From: Candidatus Omnitrophota bacterium
GTDB lineage: Bacteria; Ratteibacteria; UBA8468; MWAK01
DNA: 36,180 nucleotides
Assembly: GCA_043797665.1 (NCBI GenBank)
Contig: JAZDPL010000032.1
Span: forward strand, 1 to 36,180
Direction: 5' to 3'
Part shown: in pieces, positions 35,537 through 36,180 of the stretch
Layout: every line of letters starts with the position of its first letter
Numbering within the stretch: position 1 is the first letter of the stretch
Notes under the pieces: model-generated
Database searches by the model: none
Seen by the model: the letters and a program-made list of their open reading frames with translations, nothing else
Told to the model about the DNA's origin: nothing
Program-made: the position numbers and the translations under genes

Positions 35537-35825
35537 CTAACCGTTTGTTCCTTTAGGCCTTCCGATACAGTTTTGCGCTGCCCGTACCAGGTCGATAATA
35601 GCCTGCGTTACCCTGCGGAATAATTCATGCACGAGTTCCGGCGTGTCATACATTGCCATCATCAAATTTTCATTACTCATCAGCATGCAGGCCACGCCAT
35701 GCGGACTTTGCCAGTCAAAAGGCATAATGCCGCCGCCGGCGCATCAGTTCCGGATCATCCGCTGCGCCGCAGGCGTTCAACCATTTCACCGAAAGGGCAC
35801 AGGCCTGAACGGAACGCGGTCCGAT
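35537..35825 (-). pseudogene. Fused fragments of two URO-D-like genes
   Basis: 35767-35825 is a diverged copy of 31191-31248 (DRVPF..GEMVERLR). 35537-35725 reads DWQSPHGVA..L....L...MYDTPELVHEL, an internal URO-D-type segment. Confidence 0.7.
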
Positions 35826-35907
35826 GATATCGCGGTTTTTAGACTCTGTACCGCACATATCCTGCCTCCGCGTAATTTTTGGCGCAAAAGCATTTCAAGT
35901 CCTGTTT

Positions 35908-36178
35908 TTACCCACCTTTTTCAGACTTCCATCCTTCCAATTCCTGCCCGATTTTCCCTCCAGGATTTGATGGTTCTTTCCAATCAGAAATGGATAAAAC
36001 GGCAGAATCCGCATTTCTTATATAACTCAACTCATAGGAATCCCCGGAAAGCATATCCCGCCGACCCTCAATGCAATAATGGCGATAAAGCCGGCTCATC
36101 CAGCGGATGGTCTCTTCGTCCGAATAGGAGCAAGACCACGGTCCCAGTCCGTATAATCCCGCGCAAGCCGGGGCATTG
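35908..36178 (-). CDS. C-terminal part of a hypothetical protein (runs off the window)
   Basis: Frame is open to the window edge (QCPACAGLYGLGPWSCSYSDEETIRWMSRLYRHYCIEG...). No recognised motif; could be a fragment. Confidence 0.45.
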   Translation of the reverse strand, partial: NAPACAGLYGLGPWSCSYSDEETIRWMSRLYRHYCIEGRRDMLSGDSYELSYIRNADSAVLSISDWKEPSNPGGKIGQELEGWKSEKGG

Positions 36179-36180
36179 GA

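Noticed and set aside
34679..35623. 314-aa + strand ORF (also 29781-30365)
   Set aside because: Antisense to well-supported - strand genes, with Ser/Thr/Arg-rich shadow composition and no motifs.
31191..35825. Diversity-generating retroelement TR/VR pair
   Set aside because: Two mismatches are A/G, but others are not at adenines and include an indel. The repeat is at a gene 5' end, and no reverse transcriptase is in the window.
1..36180. CRISPR array, tRNA, rRNA, integrase or transposase genes
   Set aside because: No regularly spaced repeat-spacer series or recognisable RNA gene seen, and no ORF with transposase, integrase or Cas motifs. The repeats are dispersed palindromes.

Overview
Bacterial chromosomal window, probably from an uncultured anaerobe (the H-X9-DG prepilin-like gene suggests a PVC-related lineage; inference only). 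It appears to span the replication terminus: a well-formed XerCD dif site at 12659-12686 sits where gene polarity flips from all + to mostly -. The left arm is a + strand carbohydrate/methyl-transfer cluster: MttB-like, URO-D-like, Gfo/Idh/MocA, amidohydrolase, prepilin-like protein, GH36-like and GH66-like glycosidases, PIG-L deacetylase and Zn dehydrogenase. The right arm holds ppdK, ribF, Fe-ADH, the pheA-aroF-aroA operon, larA with an FAD oxidoreductase, two toxin-antitoxin-like pairs and a GH36. From about 28.7 to 36.2 kb lies a deletion-collapsed sugar-utilisation region where three intact genes sit among about nine co-oriented gene fragments. Intergenic DNA is rich in REP-like palindromes (GTAG and TGTC types). 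One 196-bp element has IS200/IS605-like ends with a nested REP, and one palindrome lies in-frame inside a protein. No tRNA, rRNA, CRISPR array, transposase or integrase was seen. All calls are by eye; no searches were run.
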